Origin: Octopus sinensis
Taxonomy: Eukaryota
Direction: 5' to 3'
Assembly (NCBI RefSeq): GCF_006345805.1
Contig: NW_021826446.1
Location: forward strand, 1 to 13,004
DNA length: 13,004 nucleotides
The translations under genes were made by a program, and so were the position numbers. This document shows positions 9,697 to 13,004 of this stretch, piece after piece; position 1 is the first letter of the stretch; each line of letters opens with the position of its first letter. Under the pieces are notes generated by a model, which ran no database searches, had not been told where the DNA came from, and saw only the letters and a program-made list of their open reading frames with translations.

Positions 9697-10111
9697 CTTT
9701 TACTCTTTTACTTGTTTCAGTCATTTGACTGCGGCCATGCTGGAGCACCGCCTTTAGTCGAGCAACTCGACCCCGAGACTTATTCTTTTTGTAAGCCCAG
9801 TACTTATTCTATCGGTGTCTTTTGCCGAACCGCTAAGTGACGGGGACGTAAACACACCAGCATCGGTTGTCAAGCAATGCTAGGGTGACAAACACACACA
9901 CACAAACACACACACATACACACACACACATATATATACATATATACGACAGGCTTCTTTCAGTTTCCGTCTACCAAATCCACTCACAAGGCTTTGGTCG
10001 GCCCGAGGCTATAGCAGAAGACACTTGCCCAAGATGCCACGCAAGTAGGACTGAACCCGGAACCATGTGGTTGGTTAGCAAGCTACTTACCACACATCCA
10101 CTTCTGCGCCT
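9697..10111 (-). mobile_element. Full-length CORE-type SINE, same family as 2606-3014
   Basis: Near-identical to the 2606-3014 copy over its length. Flanked by AATATT at 9691-9696 and 10112-10117, a probable TSD. Confidence 0.9.
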
Positions 10112-10351
10112 AATATTGCTTAGATTAGTAAAGAACTCCGCATATTCTTGTGGCGGGTTCCGATGTTATAGTTCATCACGATTCTATACTGTAAATCCGT
10201 GGTTGTGTTCGTTATACAGGTTTTTACACAGAGTCCTATACAAGAAAAGGCATAAATAACGGTCATTTCATATTTTTCTTTATTGTAGTAAATTTGTGTT
10301 ACTGTTGTTTCTAGCGGTCATTATAGGTTCGTCATTGAAAGCTTCACTCAC

Positions 10352-10443
10352 CCGTCCCGTTGATCGCTTGAGAAAGCTTGAAGGACCTGGAGAGTTAATC
10401 CTACTTTCGTCAGAATCAATTCTGGCTAAAACCAAGCAGAACA
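10352..10443 (-). CDS. Candidate coding exon 2 ((V)FCLVLARIDSDESRINSPGPSSFLKRSTGR)
   Basis: Acceptor T11-CAG| and donor CGG|GTGAGT. 92 nt, open, phase 1 to 0. Completes a hydrophobic signal-like stretch ending V-L-A and contains a KR dibasic site. Confidence 0.65.
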
Positions 10444-10454
10444 CTGAAAAAAAA

Positions 10455-10599
10455 AAAACGGTACAGGAATATGGGGGTGGGGTGGGGTGAACAGAGATGA
10501 TAAGCATAGGAATAAGGCAAGTGGAAGAGAAATAAAGGGGAAGGGTAGTGATGATCTGGAAAAGAACTCTTCCTTCTCTTGCCTTTAGTCATACGTGGA
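10455..10599 (-). repeat. Right arm of the inverted repeat pair (partner 9479-9617)
   Basis: Shared blocks gactaaaggcaagag, cttttccagatcatc, ctcttccacttgccttattcctat and cctgtaccgtttt. Confidence 0.92.
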
Positions 10600-10644
10600 A
10601 ATTTGCGTGCGCCGGCGCAAGGGTTTGTATGTATATATTTTTTT

Positions 10645-10708
10645 TATACTTTTATTCTGTTATTTGTTTTCAGTCATTCGACAGCGGTCACGCTGGAGCA
10701 CCACCTTT
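10645..10708 (-). mobile_element. Diverged 3'-terminal fragment of the CORE-type SINE
   Basis: ttgttttcagtcattcgacagcggtcacgctggagcaccaccttt aligns to the family 3' end. Confidence 0.75.
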
Positions 10709-10713
10709 ATGAT

Positions 10714-11085
10714 GGAGAAGAAGAAGAAGAAGAAGTAGAAGAAGAAGAAGAAAGAGAAGAAGAAGAAGAATAAGAAGAAGAAGAAGAAGAAGAAAAAGAA
10801 AAAGAAGAAATAAAAGAAGAAAAAGAAGAAGAAGAAAAAGAAGAAGAAGAAAAAGAAGAAGAAGAAAAAGAAGAAGAAGAAAAAGAAGAAAAGAAGAAGA
10901 AGAAGAAGAAGAAGAAGAAGAAGAAGGAGAAAAAGAAGAAGAAAAAGAAGAAGAAAAAGAAGAAGAAAAAGAAGAAGAAGGAGAAAAAGAAGAAAAAGAA
11001 AAAGAAGAAAAAGAAGAAGAAGAAGAAGGAGAAAGAGAAGAAGAAGAAGAAGAAGAAGAAGGAGAAAGAGAAGAAGAAGAAGAAG
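10714..11085. repeat. ~370-bp (GAA)n-derived polypurine tract
   Basis: Only three T residues interrupt the purine strand. Confidence 0.96.
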
Positions 11086-11142
11086 TTTGTTCGTGGCGTT
11101 GATAACTAAGTCCTACATCATTTTTTTTTATTTTGATGAAAC

Positions 11143-11554
11143 TTGACACGTGAGTAGAAGTCATGTCTGGAAACCAGGCGACATACTTAGATTGTTGAAA
11201 AATCGATAATACGGCCCCTGGAAGGGACCTTTATATCTTACTTCATATAGCTATTTTTTAAACACCCGAGGGAAATAACCCATAGCACCTGTACAATATT
11301 TTAAAAACACGTTTATGTTTATGTTCGATTACTTTGACTAGTGATTTCTTGTGTGTCCTATTTCTAATTTTTGCAGACAATATTACTTTTATACTTTATT
11401 TGACACGTGAGTAGAATTCATGTCTGGAAACCTAGTGACATACTTTGATTGTTGAAAAAATCGATGATAGGGCTCTTCCAATCGATCCTTCTCTCTACTA
11501 CATATTACAAATATTTTATTTAAACAACCCAAGGGAAATAACTCATACCACCTG
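11143..11554. repeat. Diverged tandem duplication, ~150-bp homologous blocks with ~260-bp period
   Basis: ttgacacgtgagtagaa.tcatgtctggaaacc...gattgttgaaaaa...agggaaataac.cata.cacctg at 11143-11291 and 11400-11554. Confidence 0.88.
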
Positions 11555-12131
11555 CAGATTTTAGCGAAGCGATCAATATTTGATTCTCACGATCAGCCGA
11601 CTGCATTTCACTACTCACAGTTTTGAACTGCTAAACATTATGATTGCACCTCCATAATTTGTATCTTAAATATTCAAGAAATGTAAGTATTCATACATTT
11701 CTATACATACATACTTTTTTTAATGCCCATTAATCCAATAATTCTGCATTTTTACAGTTACACTTTTTCCATGACACTAGATGAATTTCTTATTCCACAA
11801 CGTGGCTTCATGCAAGCATAGCGTGGATTCGATCCTCGATTGCCAAATTTCACTTAACACTTCAACAGCGCTTTTTCTCACGGTAAAACAATAGTTTTTC
11901 GGTGAATGACAGCAGTTATACATTTCCCAGATTCCTTCGCTAAGCAGAATAATGTCATTGCCTCTCGCCAACCACCGACAATCTTTCTTGCCAACCTCCA
12001 ACAATCTCTCCCTACTACAGCTGACAGTATTTTGTACTTTTTCTTGACAAAAAATACACCTTTTGTGGCAGTTATAACGAAATTGCTTTCTTATATCAGA
12101 GTAATAAGGCATTTCAATAGAACATCTTTAC

Positions 12132-12153
12132 CTCCGGAAATTACTGGGTACAT
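12132..12153 (-). CDS. Candidate coding exon 1 (MYPVISG + 1 nt) of a small secreted protein gene
   Basis: ATG at 12153-12151, followed by the donor GAG|GTAAAG. Its phase 1 matches the next exon. A TAG|CTG acceptor at 12157/12156 means it could instead be an internal exon with a start further upstream. Confidence 0.45.
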
Positions 12154-12159
12154 CAGCTA

Positions 12160-12223
12160 ATATATATATATATATATATAATATATATATATATGATATA
12201 TATTATATATATATATATATATA
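12160..12223. repeat. (TA)n microsatellite
   Basis: Direct reading. Confidence 0.95.
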
Positions 12224-12382
12224 TCGACGAGCTTCTTTCAGCTTCCGCCTACCAAATCCACTCACAAGGCTTTGGTCGGTCCAAGGCTATAGTAGAAGAC
12301 ACTTGCCCAAGGTGCCACGCAGTGGTACTGAACCTGGAACCATGTGGTTGGTAAGCAAGCTACTTACCACACAGCCTCTCCT
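12224..12382 (-). mobile_element. 5' half (tRNA head + CORE) of the CORE-type SINE, ending in (TA)n
   Basis: Matches about 2850-3010. The 3' half is absent beyond the internal microsatellite. Confidence 0.88.
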
Positions 12383-12392
12383 TTTATTTTTT

Positions 12393-12631
12393 AACCGTTT
12401 CGATCATTGGACTGCAGTGATGATGTGGTACCGTTTCGTAGGGTTCAGTCGGACAAATCGACGCCGATAGTGGTCGTGAGTTTAGTTCTTTTCCCACACG
12501 ATTGTTTTTGCCGAACCGCTAAGTTCCAGGAACGTAGACAGACCAACATCGGTTGTCACACAGTGGGAGACAAATACATACACACGCACGCGCACACACA
12601 CACACGCACACACACACACACACGCACACAC

Positions 12632-12664
<33 letters not shown>

Positions 12665-12840
12665 TGCACTCAAAAACATACATACATGGCGGTCTGTTAT
12701 AGTCTTCGCTTCTCAAATTAATTTACTAGGCTCGCAGCAGCTATAAGAGAAGACACTTCATATGCAAGGTGTCGTGCACTGAGATTGAACTTGCAACCAC
12801 AACGTTGCGAAGCGAACTTCTCATAAATACACGCATGTGC
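12393..12840 (-). mobile_element. Older, diverged full-length CORE-type SINE copy
   Basis: Retains gccgaaccgctaag, catcggttgtca and gctata..agaagacactt..caaggtg in family order around an internal (CA)n. Confidence 0.7.
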
Positions 12841-12885
12841 GCGGATACACACACACGCTCTTGTAAGCGCGCGTGCTCAAATATA

Positions 12886-12958
12886 ATATACTATATGTAT
12901 ATATAATATATATATATATATATAATCTATATATATATATATATCTATTATATAATAT

Positions 12959-12989
<31 letters not shown>

Positions 12990-13004
12990 CTGTATATATA
13001 TATA
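12886..13004. repeat. (TA)n-rich tract running to the window end
   Basis: Direct reading. Confidence 0.93.

Noticed and set aside
10608-10619. 12-bp GC-rich perfect palindrome TGCGCCGGCGCA as a Helitron 3' hairpin
   Set aside because: No CTRR terminus at the expected distance on either strand.
10688-11164. Ser/Leu/Phe-rich 158-aa ORF and the Glu-rich ORF at 10579-10773
   Set aside because: Translations of the GAA tract.
11777-12160. Overlapping 111-aa (-) and 84-aa (+) ORFs in unique sequence
   Set aside because: No recognisable motif or convincing exon boundaries. Mostly inside predicted intron 1.

Overview
Eukaryotic, AT-rich, microsatellite-dense DNA. The repeat families look like those of an octopus (coleoid cephalopod) genome; this is recognition from memory, not a search result. 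Nearly all supplied ORFs are artefacts of microsatellites or repeats. Reading splice signals gives a candidate 4-exon minus-strand gene (12153-12132, 10443-10352, 7780-7715, 3229-3101). Its exon phases are all compatible, and it encodes a 102-aa putative secreted protein (signal peptide, acidic spacer, KR site, 4-Cys mature region) that I cannot assign to a family. The introns contain: an 11-unit, 184-bp tandem array inside a single tRNA-derived SINE insertion bounded by a 13-bp TSD; two 5'-truncated RLE-type LINE 3' ends in a (CATA)n microsatellite; a 200-bp near-spacerless palindrome; a minimal hammerhead-ribozyme motif in a short Penelope-like fragment; a ~140-bp inverted repeat pair bracketing exon 2; and several CORE-type SINE copies.
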